From positions 434,001-498,000 of the forward strand of contig CM035352.1 of assembly GCA_020137815.1 (NCBI GenBank): DNA of 64,000 nt, in the 5' to 3' direction. Position numbers and translations under genes: made by a program. Positions 1-10,719 of the stretch are shown here, in pieces; the stretch's first letter is position 1; the number at the start of each line of letters is the position of its first letter. The stretch is from Hormiphora californensis. Its lineage: Eukaryota; Animalia; Ctenophora. Under the pieces are notes generated by a model that saw only the letters and a list, made by a program, of their open reading frames with translations, ran no database searches and was not told the origin of the DNA.

Positions 1-196
1 AGACTCTCTCAACATCCTAGTGAACACCATTTTTAATTAAGCTAATAGGTTAGTGAGACACAGCTTTCATCCTTATCCTCTAACACAGGGCTTCACCACT
101 ACCAAACATGGGATAAACATCTAACGGTAACAAAACTCGAGAAATATATCTTGCTGGTCCAGTTAACAGAAATTAACTATTACTGATTAGAACCGG

Positions 197-474
197 AGCA
201 AAGCAAAGCTAGCAGGCCGACTAGGATAAATCCAGCGTCGGGGGTGCTGATATCCCTTTCAATGGCATTTTAGCCACGGTCCTTTCGGTACAGATTTCTT
301 TGCATCATAGCCGGGTGCTAAACCCCACAACAGACGCACTCGTGTCACTTTCGGGTCTCTCAAGAGAGACCCTACCAATCATAGCTTGGTGGACTATACG
401 ACATGCGCTAGACCAGGATCGAACCTGAACCTAGTGCGTGAGAGGCGAGTGTACTAGCCACTACACCAGTGATG
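197..474 (-). mobile_element. tRNA-derived SINE (Val/Glu-like head)
   Basis: Minus strand reads CATCACTGGTGTAGTGGCTAGTACACTCGCCTCTCACGCACTAGGTTCAGGTTCGATCCTGG: A box TGGTGTAGTGG and B box GGTTCGATCC at tRNA spacing, no proper acceptor stem. About 200 nt of body follows, ending in a (GCTTT)n-like tail near 197-210. Confidence 0.7.
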
Positions 475-622
475 TAACACCATGGACCACCCTGCCACCA
501 AAGAAACAGAAACGAATGTTGATAAGAATTTATTGATAAGAATTTATATTTCTATTATTTGCAGTGTTGACTGCAGATGCCGTGCGAAAAGCATGATGCA
601 GCTGTAATATTAAAATTTACAT

Positions 623-817
623 GGGTGAGCCAATTTGGGTCCGGAGTCCGGACGCAACCACTGAACCGTTTTGGCTAATCCAAAGTTTATCGGATAGGAA
701 ATGTCAAGGCCTAACCCCAACCCAAACCCCAGCCCTAAACCTACTTTGGCTCTAACCCTTAAAAAACCGTGAGTGCTGACTGGTGACACTTCAAACACCC
801 AGATTTTAACGCTGGCC
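623..817. mobile_element. degenerate MITE related to the MULE-type family at 1004-1280
   Basis: Ends in ACCCAGATTTTAACG, as does 1004-1280, and has an internal CCCTAA-like tract. No clean TSD. Confidence 0.45.
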
Positions 818-1003
818 AAATTTTTAAAACCCCGGCCCCGGCAACTGAGACCTGTCAAACAAATAAAGCTAATTTAAATTATGCGTCGCAGTGTATTGTA
901 ACGCGCGATCAAATGGTAAAAATGTTGCCAAAAACTATTTTTCTTAGGCCGCGCGCTGAAAATTTTTAAGCTGAGTTATATTTTTGGTCAACAATCTCGC
1001 AAA

Positions 1004-1280
1004 GGGCGCGATTATAATTAATCTGGGTGCCTTGCAGCCTGTTTACAGGTGCGCGCTACCAAAAGAGTACACTTAGACCGACTTTTTCTAAACGGCTATA
1101 GCCACGCAACCACATGGCCAATTTGAGTAAACTAAACGGTATCTGTTAGAGAATCGATAGCCCTAACCGATAACCTCAAACCAAACCCTAACCAGACCCT
1201 AACGGATAGCCCTAACCCGTCGCGCGCGCCAAAACTACGAATTGTTAGCAATGAAAGGCACCCAGATTTTAACGTTTTCC
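1004..1280. mobile_element. Mutator(MULE)-type MITE, family A copy 1
   Basis: Imperfect TIRs (GGGCGCGATTATAAT..CTGGGTGCCTT / AAGGCACCCAGATTTTAACGTTTTCC) flanked by a 9-bp TSD TCTCGCAAA (995-1003, 1281-1289). Confidence 0.85.
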
Positions 1281-1599
1281 TCTCGCAAACTTTCATTTTC
1301 CCCGCTTGCGCCGGGTGGGAAGTGCGGGGTAAGTGGTAACCAGTGAATGCCGGCGTTCAGCCAGAGACAGATACAGAAGCCTTTTACAAAAAGCATAGGG
1401 GTTAAGAAATCTGTTATCTGCAGCAGATATCTTAATATTTTTAGCATGACTACAAAAGTGTCCCAAGGGTCCAAGTTCAATTGAACTGTTCATCTCTGTT
1501 AAGGATGAAGGACCAAAGCAATACTTGAAAAAAACTGTTGCTGATATATTTTGTAAATATTGATTCTATTCCATCGTGATTAAGTAATGACTAAAAACT

Positions 1600-1708
1600 G
1601 AATTTGGTATGTCAGAAGAACGTGTCCGTTTGTCTCATGAGGCCTCATGACGTGCCTCATGAGGCTTCATGATACAAACGGACACGTTCTTCCGACTTAA
1701 CCTGAATT
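1600..1708. mobile_element. short palindromic MITE-like element
   Basis: Arms GTCAGAAGAACGTGTCCGTTTGT / ACAAACGGACACGTTCTTCCGAC around TCATGA repeats form a ~110-bp hairpin. Confidence 0.55.
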
Positions 1709-1753
1709 TTAGCTATTGTCATATATATATGATGATTGATGCCTTTGTATTAA

Positions 1754-2091
1754 CAGCGTGAGTGGAAACAGAATTGAACACGCTTGATGTAGGTAGTAGA
1801 CCATAAATCTCCGAGTATTTTCCATTTTTCCCGCTCTCAAAAGACAGATGTTTCGCTGTGTTATATTTGTTACCAGTAGGGGGAAACTGTCTCTGCAATT
1901 GCTCTCTATCATACACACGTTCGGGCATGCACATTGCGCACACATAGTTTATGAGAGATTCCCCCCACTGGTAACCACAGATATAACACAGCGAAAAATG
2001 TGTCTTTTGAGAGTGGAAAAAGGGAAAATACTCGGAGATTTATGCTCTATTATATCAAGCTTGTCCAATTCTGTTTCTGTCCACTCTCACT
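1754..2091. mobile_element. non-autonomous TIR element (Kolobok-like family)
   Basis: Long imperfect inverted arms. The terminus CAATTCTG...GTCCACTCTCACT is shared with 32304-32530 and ~48815-48954, where it is followed by TTAA. Confidence 0.6.
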
Positions 2092-2111
2092 ATCACCTTT
2101 CCCTAGGATTC

Positions 2112-3397
2112 ATGTTGTATCGGTATGTGTTCATAACGGTGGGAGTGTTACTGGCACTCACCTCCATCTTCTATTTATGTGATAGTAACAACACTACCCC
2201 TCCTCCACTCTATGTAACACCCTCGAGGCCGGGGATGCGTCCCAGAGGTCGTCCCGTTCTCTCAAGGAGCAATGTCCTCACTGTTAACGCAACCGATTGT
2301 TACTTATCCAGTCACCCGGGCAGTCAGGTCAGCACGCTAAAATGCTCTGATACCTCCCTCACTTGTCACCAGAAGATCTTTACTAGCTCAACTTGCCCCC
2401 CTAAACTGATAAAGGAACACTCGAGGGAGTGCCCGGAAGAAAAAGAGTTCCACCTGCTTATGAGGAACAGGGGAGACTGGGTGAAAAAGCAGTGCCAAAA
2501 GTATACCAGTCACGAACCAATGGCGAAGGAGATGTTTTACTATCAAAATGTTGGGAGAAGCGGGTTTCTGTGGTGCCCTGTATATAAAGCGGGTAGTTCC
2601 AGTACTAATGCTCACCTGTGCCCGCTATATTATGACGATACGACCTGTCATGACAGATCAAAGAACACTGCCATTATGTGGAGAGTGCGTGAGGAATTCA
2701 AACCTTTTTATGCCAGCTCGGCAACCCCTTCCTTACTGATCGTGCGGCACCCCTTTGAGAGACTTCTCTCCGCCTTCAGGGACAAGATACAAACGCCTGA
2801 CCCCACTGAGCCATATATCGGCCCCATATTCGATAACGCAATAGGACCTCATCGCCCAATCCCGGCTCAGCTAATTCCACATAAAAAGCTACTTTTAGAA
2901 CAGGCAGTAGCGGAGGTAAAGGATTTTTTGAGTGTGAAGCAGCAGCAGAAGGGACAGTATCTGTACCTGAACTCCTCCCACAACCCCTATGTGAAAACCT
3001 ATCTCCGCAACGTTTCGAAGAATTTGTCCGGGGCGTGCTGATGGGATGGACTAATGAACATTGGTCGCCTGTCAGCACCTATTGTGCTCCATGCGCCAGG
3101 AGATACACCTACATTCTACACGTCGAGGAATTTGACTGTGAGTTTGAGCGGTTTTTAGAAGTTATAGGGGCTCCTGATTCTGTTCACGGGGAGAGGAGTG
3201 CATATGTGGAAAACAATAAAAATCCCGCCCGATCGGGGAAAAATAACTCAGACTTTTACGAGTATTTTGCAACCCTTCCTGAAAACTTGTTAAACGCTCT
3301 GTTTGACTGGTACAAATATGATTGTGAGTTGTTTGGTTATGACTGTGAAAAGACACTATGTGAAATAGCCGAGTGGAAAAAGGCAGCACTCGTGTGA
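2112..3397 (+). CDS. Golgi-type carbohydrate sulfotransferase (Sulfotransfer_2, CHST8-14-like), single exon
   Basis: N-terminal TM anchor (YVFITVGVLLALTSIFYL), 5'-PSB WCPVYKAGSS, 3'-PB VRHPFERLLSAFRDK, then NEHW..C.PC and YKYDCELFGY in the second ORF. The frame break at ~2995-3015 is repaired by removing one base from each of two homopolymers (NPYVKPISATFEEFV). Confidence 0.9.
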
Positions 3398-3690
3398 CAA
3401 TTAGTTTTATAAAAAAACAATTTTTATAGCACCCTTGTACTGCTGCTGGTTGGTTTCTGCCATATTAATTGACGAATTAATTAATATTAATCATACACTA
3501 TAAGTCTAGCAATCCTGTGATTCTGAACGAATTAATTGATGTTTTTAACTCAGAGAAATAGAGTTACATATTATATATGAAAGTATTTGATTACATGTAT
3601 TTTATTACTGACTTTCAGGGCGGAATATACCGTGTGGGGCAATAGAAACCCCCCTAGACTAACATCGTTCCAGATATCGTAAAGAGCTTG

Positions 3691-3790
3691 GTAGTAAGTC
3701 TATGAGACAAATAAATAACTTGGTGCAGTAATTCTATGAGACAAATCAATAACTTGGTACAGTAAGTCTATAAGACAAATCAATAACTTG
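3691..3790. repeat. ~34-bp tandem repeat x3
   Basis: Unit GTAAGTCTATGAGACAAAT(A/C)AATAACTTGGT(G/A)CA. Confidence 0.8.
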
Positions 3791-4452
3791 ACAAAAATTG
3801 CAGACCTTTAGCACAACGAAATAATACAACTGTATTTTGGACGCTAGACCTCTGGCACAAAATTCTTTATTGACAGGAATGACCATTGTCATTCATTCTG
3901 AAAAAGATCATTATTCGGTCCAGTATTCAAGCACTTATATATGTGGGTATCAATAAGCTTTCCAACGTGACCAATATTTTATTGCCCCACAGTCCACACG
4001 GTATGTCAAATTTACATTCAATTGTGTAAATTCAGATTTAAAAATACTGCTAATTCTGACCTGGATTGCTGCGTTTTAAGCATTTGTTTAACATAAGTTA
4101 CGAATCATATCCATCTGCATGTATACAACCCTAGCGGGTTAACTGCTAAGAGGTAGCCGTTGAGCATGTTTCTTGATGGACCTGAAGAATCTTCCCTATC
4201 TACATATTGCACAGGTACCAGTAAGTCGGCTTAGGATGCCTATAATTACATACAAATGGGGTGAAGTATGTGACTGTGTCGCCGAGAGAGAAGGAAATTC
4301 CTTAGGAAGGATCTCAATAAAAAGGTCAAGTGTTTATAAAATAAACTTCATGGACATAATAAAATTTGTAAAAGTCAGACACACTCATTTAAGTCTTATG
4401 AATTTCTATTAGCTAGCACTGCTAGGTTATAATATCAAACTTGATAAACAGT

Positions 4453-6691
4453 TTATTTTGTGCATGGTCCAATGCTACCAGTGAGTGAGCCATCAATAGA
4501 GTTACAGTAACTTCCGGAATTTCCTGTCAACGTATATCCCTCATTACAGGTCGCCTGAAATTGTTAAAATGTGTTTAATTGCAGTATACGGGCATTTGAA
4601 CCAATATAAATGCATAATATAAACGTATACAACATGACAGTGTACGTACCTCTAGCCAGACCCAGCTATCGCTGGAACCTGGGTTGGGATTGACAACTGA
4701 GCCGTTGTCAATTGTTATCTTGCTGCAGGGGTCCTCTTTGCAGGTAGGCGATGTGCCGCTAACTTCCTTCTCTGCGCTACAGTAACTGTATTCGTCACCT
4801 CCATCTTTCACAAAGCTAGTGATATCGAGTGTTAATGATGGATTTTACTAGGTCATTGGTATTTATATATAGGTTCTTACCCTTGGTTGCATTCTAGGAT
4901 CCAGTAGGTAGCAGAGCCGTATGGGTCGGTCCATTGTCCGTTAGAAACTGCCTCAAGAGGGCATCCGCTATAATCACCGGTCCCACTGATCTCCTCTGCC
5001 TCAACAACCTCTTCTTTCTCCTCCTCCTCCTCCTCAACATAGATCTCAGGTTCTTCCCCCTCACTTCCATACACTTCCTCCTCCTCCACCACTGTTTCCT
5101 CTTGAGAGTTGGGTGTACAGGTGGGCACCTTATCTATCACTCCAGAGTTACACCAGATCCATGCCTCAGCGTTCAGTGTATAACCGTCATTGCACTGGGA
5201 GGATATACATAATATCAGTTAACAATGCACTGGAAGATATAATATCAGTTAACAACAAGTTATTTAGTCTTGTTACTAGTTAACACTATTTTGATAACGC
5301 ATATTTCTAATGGCGGCTAAAAACTTACAGAGATGTAGACCCAACCAGCCATATCATTTTGAGGTGGCTCTATGGCACCATTCTCAATAGGGATCTCACT
5401 GCACTTTCTCTCGCATGTTGGAAGCTCGCCAGTAATCATACCTGCAACAAGAGTGTTATCTTCCGGGAAACGTTATAAGTCATTATAACAAATGTGGAAG
5501 TACTATACAGGAAGTATCGTCACCTTGAGCATCGCAATACACGTAATAAGATCCTTTGAGGTTAAATCCTTCAGTACATTGAACATATCCGTAGTTAGAG
5601 GGTTTCATATCAACCATTTTACCGTTCTTCACCTCCCCCCGACACTCACTAGCCGTATCTTCAACAACGTCCGAGATATACTTTGAATACTCGTATATTT
5701 CCTCTGTCACCGTCCTATAAATGTTGTTTTAAATCGTTTGTGTGGATGTTGTGAATGTGTGAAGTAGGTTGATGATGTCTACATCAGTGTAGTGCATATA
5801 ATATAATACTCGTTCTGTGCATTAGTAGTTAGTGTATAATTATTCTTTGATGGATGTTCTGTGGCTACAACGAAAGTTCGGGGGGTCTGGTCCGATTGGG
5901 TACAACAAGTTCCCAACTTACTTAGAAGTTACTGAATAGTTGTAAGTTTTAACTCTAAACTCACTCGTATGGTTCGTACGTTTCCTCATATGGTTCGTAC
6001 GTCTCCTCGTATTCTCCCTCATTCCCCCGGGTTTCCTCGTATTCCTGTCCAGTTGTCTCAGCAACGGTTTCAATGATCTCGGTGAAAACTTCGCTTCCCT
6101 CAGCGACCTTGGTGCATACACCACAAGTAGCAGGACAGTAAAGGGACATGAGGTCGCTGTGGGCGTCGCAGAAGCCTTCAGCGGCCCATGCGCCACATGA
6201 CTCTTCCGTGTCAACACAGGGTTCTGGGAATAGAGGTGCGTTAGTTACACACATCAGGACTCGACCAATAGAGGTGCGTTAGTTACACAGATCAGGACTC
6301 GACCAATAGAGGTGCGTTAGTTACACACAACAGGACTCGACCAATAGAGGTGCGTTAGTTACACACAACAGGACTCGACCAATAGAGGTGCGTTAGTTAC
6401 ACACAACAGGACTCGACCAATAGAGGTGCGTTAGTTACACACAACAGGACTCGACCAATAGAGGTGCGTTAGTTACACACAACAGGACTCGACCAATAGA
6501 GGTGCGTTAGTTACACAGATCAGGACTCGACCAATAGAGGTGCGTTAGTTGCACACAACAGGACTCGACCAATAGAGGTGCGTTAGTTACACACAACAGG
6601 ACGACTAATTCCGATCAGTCTTACCTCCGCTGCTGATTGCCACAGATTGGGATAGTCCCAAGCAAAGGGAAAATAGGACAAATAGTATCAT
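4453..6691 (-). CDS. secreted protein: signal peptide + ShK domain + acidic linkers + ~4 Sushi/CCP-like domains (7 exons)
   Basis: Exon 1 MILFVLFSLCLGLSQS (6691-6625). Exon 2 CVDTEESCGAWAAEGFC...YCPATCGVC (6223-5965). Later exons carry repeated NG...C..G(F/Y).L.G...C...G..PTC motifs. GT-AG boundaries; TAA at 4453-4455. Confidence 0.8.
6229..6603. repeat. intronic minisatellite, 38-bp unit x~10
   Basis: Unit AATAGAGGTGCGTTAGTTACACACAACAGGACTCGACC. Contains ACTAAC (branch-point consensus) on the gene's sense strand and fills almost all of intron 1. Confidence 0.95.
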
Positions 6692-7065
6692 GGTACACTG
6701 GAGAGAGGGCGAAGTGCTGTTTAACAACCACGCAGAGGCTGTGTGTTAAAGTGAGTTTGCCAATGGGCGACCTGCAAGCCTCTAATTGGATTATATGTCG
6801 ACTGCACATGTTGTGTGTGTGTGTGTGTGTGTGCCGGATGTTGAGAATTATTTTGCGAAAAGGTACCTACAAACTAATTCACTTGTCAGAAAAAAAATTA
6901 TTTAACAAATAGCACAGAAGATTTACACACGTTAAATGTCTCCGCACCGCCCGCAGGAGGAATTGTTTTTGTAGCAGTATTTTCCGGGAGTGTCATCCAC
7001 TGGTGGATGGTGTTTAGATAGTGTGCACTGTAGTAGTGTGGCTGCACCTGGCTGTGGCATTCCAC

Positions 7066-10000
7066 CTAGCTGACCGCAGTGCTCGCACCAACTCTCTGCA
7101 TGGTCATGGGGGCGAGACTCTGCCAGTTCTCCGCCTCAACGTCGTACCTAAAAAGGAGTGGTTAACTGGTTATAGTGAGGGTTAATTAGAAAGCAATTAG
7201 AACTTGCCTCTGTGCGATTGAACAAGCAGCAAGGGGCGCCGAGCCGTCACTTCCTCCTAGCACATAGAGAGTGTTTGCAACGGCAACCAGGGAGGCTCCA
7301 CCCACTGGATTTGATAGGGCTGGCATTATACTCCACTGTCCTGTGGCCGGACTAAACCTAGAGGTGTGTAGATTAAACCCGGGGTGAACATTTTGAAAAG
7401 AGGTGTGTAGATTAAACCCGGGGTGAACATTTTGAAAAGAGGTGTGTAGATTAAACCCGGGGTGAACATTTTGAAAAGAGGTGTGTAGATTAAACCCGGG
7501 GTGAACATTTTGAAAAGAGGTGTGTAGATTAAACCCGGGGTGAACATTTTGAAACAGATAGTGTAAACAACTAAAAGGAAAGGTATGTGGTTTACACTCC
7601 TTCCCTACCCTTAAAACAGATCTTTCTTCCCGACTTATTGTTCTTACCTCTCTACAGTATATATTTTATCTGATTCCCTGAGGCTAGCTCTATCAGTTCC
7701 TGGTAACCCACAGATGAAAATGAAGTCCTTCACAACAGCAGCACCAGGACACCATCGGGGTCTTATTGTCGGTTGTAGTTCTGTCCACCCATTAGAAACT
7801 GGGTCATATACCTCCAGGGACTGTTTTGCGGAAGAATGGAACCATCACTCCCTTTATTTGATCGTATTATTTTTCCGTAAAGCTTACTATGTGAATGCAA
7901 AGTGCACATATATATATATATATATTGGTCAGTAAAACAAATATTTGTATAAGTATGGCACTTTTGGTCTACTGCTGCAGCTAAACCGGAAAGACGTGTC
8001 AAGACGTGTTTTTACTGGCAGGTACAAGAAAACCTGCGACCCACTAAGATTACCTGGGCGAGGTTGCTAAAATCTGCAGTGTTGCCACAGATACTGTAAA
8101 GAAGCCCGCCACATTCTACCATGGGAAACTCCATTCTGTTTCTGTTCATGTTGCGGCACTTCTGCCATATCATCGTAGTGGGGTCAAACCTGGCAGTTAT
8201 AAGTTAGAAATAGTGTGTGACAATTTAGTTGAAATCCATACTTTTCGAAGGAGCATTGTAGATCCGAACCATTCCAGCCTCCCCCCACGTAGATCTGTCC
8301 ATCAAGGATGCACACGCCAGCTTTAGTGGTTGCACTTCTCAGGGAGGGCACCTTCTCCCAAACACCACTTGAAATGTGAAGTCTATGCACTAACTTGCCG
8401 GGCTGACCTAATAGCAGGGAAACGTATTACATCTTTAGAAAATCCGTGGTACCCCGGTGTCACAGTTCACACCAACAACTACACATGTTTACCGGAAGCG
8501 TCGGTTCCTCCAATAACATAAAGGTAACCGCCCACACTCGCCAAACAGCCCACATGCGGCTCTGAGCTCATGAAATCAGGCTCTGTCTGCAAGGCCCATT
8601 CTCCGTGCACAGAATCAAACATCTCTAGTTTCAGTCTCGGGTTGGAGAGCTCTGCTAAACTCGCACCTGGATTTGAGTGTGATTAACTATGACTGGTAAC
8701 CGGTATGATAAGTTACAAAACAGTGGATAATTTAACAGTTTCAAACCTGCTCCACCAGCTACATAGATCTTTCCTCCAAACATTCCATGCCGCCACACTG
8801 GTGAAGATTTTCTGCCGTTAGGAGGGAGCTTTCTCCAATGTATGGCAGCCCTGATCTCTTCCTCGCAAAGGCGCATGGTTATATCCCCTGTGAGACCCTC
8901 TAGATACTTTAAAGGGAGGAGAAGATACCGAACTGTTGCCAGAATCTTCCTTCGCACTTCCTTAAATTAAATTTCATTTCAGTAAAACACTTGCTAAGCA
9001 AATCTTGCTTCCTAAAGTCAGCTAACATATACTATAATATGTGAGCTTTACCTCTTCTTTTTCTGAAAGTTCTTCACTCTCTCCATCTGTATCCTCCTCC
9101 CCCTCTTCGACCGCTTTCAAATCTCTCAGTAGGTTATTGTGCCCTAACCATGCCATAGCACCCTGCAAAGAAGACAGTGGTTGGATACTTGACACACTTG
9201 AGAGGGTGTCTTCACCTGAAGGACGGGTATCTCTGTTTTCACGTTCAGCTCGTCACTAGCTAGTAGATCGATCACCTGGTGAAGAGAGGTATTATTACAA
9301 CCGATGTATCCGATTATAAAGTTATTATAGACATCACTACCTGTTAACCTCACTAGCTGTTAACCTCACTAGCTGTTAACCTCACTAGCTGTTAACCTCA
9401 CTAGCCGTTAACCTCACTAGCTGTTAACCTCACTAGCCGTTAACCTCACTAGCTGTTAACCTTACTCACCTGGTGAGGCGGAGCTGAGAGGAAATCTACA
9501 CTCTTTACAACTTCAGTAAACTGAGCAGATACCATCTTCAGAGCAGCATCGTACAGAACCTAGTGGGGTTGTATTGTTAACTTACATAATGAGTTCAAAC
9601 CGTTCATACCGTTTGTAATAACGCGGGAAACACGGAGATCGTGCAATCAATTCAGCAAAATGAGGATTGAGGGGTAACCTAATAAAATGGGGTAACCTAA
9701 TGAAATGGGGTAACCTAATAAAATGGGGTGCCATACCTTATTCCTGTGTCTATCTCCAAGCCGGAGAGTGTACAGGGAGTTGTAAGGTGTGAGAGATCGG
9801 AGCAGGAACTTGCAGCAGAGATCCACTGCTTCAGACATTACGAACAGGTCGGCAGCGTAGAGAACGTGCTCAACCATCTAGTAATGGGGGGGTGGGGGAT
9901 GAGAGAAAGATAATATTTAAAAAACATAGCTGATATCCACCTGGTGATCTAGAAGTATCTCTCCAGTGTAAATGTATTGAATGAGTAGCTCTCCCGCACC

Positions 10001-10393
10001 AGCATCCACTCCCTGAATCTCTATTGGCTCTTCTTGGGCTGTTTCACGGAGACCAGAGGTGAGCATTGCTAGAGAAAAAGGGGAATATTTTAACAGCACT
10101 TGTCTATTTTCCGCATCAATTTCTCCATTTGAATATTAGTAGTTCTCTGTGTTTCTTACCTGCAAAGTATTGACTTCCTGCTGATAGAACTACCTTGTGA
10201 GACCTAATGAGTTTCTCCCCTCCAAATACAATGCTAACATCTGTATGTAGCTCCTCGTCCCACAGAGTCTTTAGGTGTTTTAACATCTAGTGAGATACAC
10301 ACTGTAGTTTCATGGGTGTGATGGGGTAATTAGCCAAATCTTTACCTGGGTTCCATGAGCATCTGAGTACATGACAACTGAGGAGCTATCCAT
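7066..10393 (-). CDS. Kelch-like protein (BTB-BACK-Kelch), multi-exon
   Basis: BTB segment (...YLQAMLTSGLRET...LLIQYIYTG), BACK segment (LLASDELNV..E..V), several Kelch repeats (IYVAGG, LYVIGG, IYVGGGWNG, YDVEAENWQSLAPM). ATG at 10393, TAG at 7066-7068. Confidence 0.88.
7360..7555. repeat. intronic minisatellite, 39-bp unit x5
   Basis: Unit AGAGGTGTGTAGATTAAACCCGGGGTGAACATTTTGAAA abutting a splice acceptor of the Kelch gene. Confidence 0.95.
9340..9465. repeat. intronic minisatellite, 16-bp unit x~8
   Basis: Unit CTGTTAACCTCACTAG next to a Kelch donor site. An 18-bp x3 repeat also occurs at ~9670-9728. Confidence 0.9.
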
Positions 10394-10410
10394 GACCTAT
10401 AACATATATG

Positions 10411-10617
10411 TATAATAAGCCAAAAACTAATTGAAATTAGTTGGCGGGAAAGGTGACCCACTTACACCTTTTGCTACTGCCGGGTATCACCACGAACTCT
10501 CATTCTATCCCTCGGTATCTCAATCTCTCATTTTTCGAGGGTAACTTATTCCTGTTCGTTCTATCCTTCTCTCTCCTCCCTGTCTCCCTCTCTCTCTCTC
10601 TCTCTCTCCTCTCTCTC

Positions 10618-10653
<36 letters not shown>

Positions 10654-10670
10654 CCTCTCTCTCTCTCTCG

Positions 10671-10719
<49 letters not shown>

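Noticed and set aside
403-474. Functional tRNA gene
   Set aside because: The acceptor and anticodon stems do not pair properly, and the sequence continues into a SINE-like body.
1848-2111. N-terminal 88 codons of the 397-aa ORF
   Set aside because: They lie in a MITE. The real start is the ATG at 2112, after an acceptor and before the TM anchor.
3600-4100. Exon-like segments with GT/AG signals on the plus strand
   Set aside because: All frames contain stops and no motif is recognisable; I cannot support a gene.
6229-6603. Regular 38-bp repeats resembling a CRISPR array (also 7360-7555 and 27740-28097)
   Set aside because: Head-to-tail units with no unique spacers, inside eukaryotic introns, and no cas genes.
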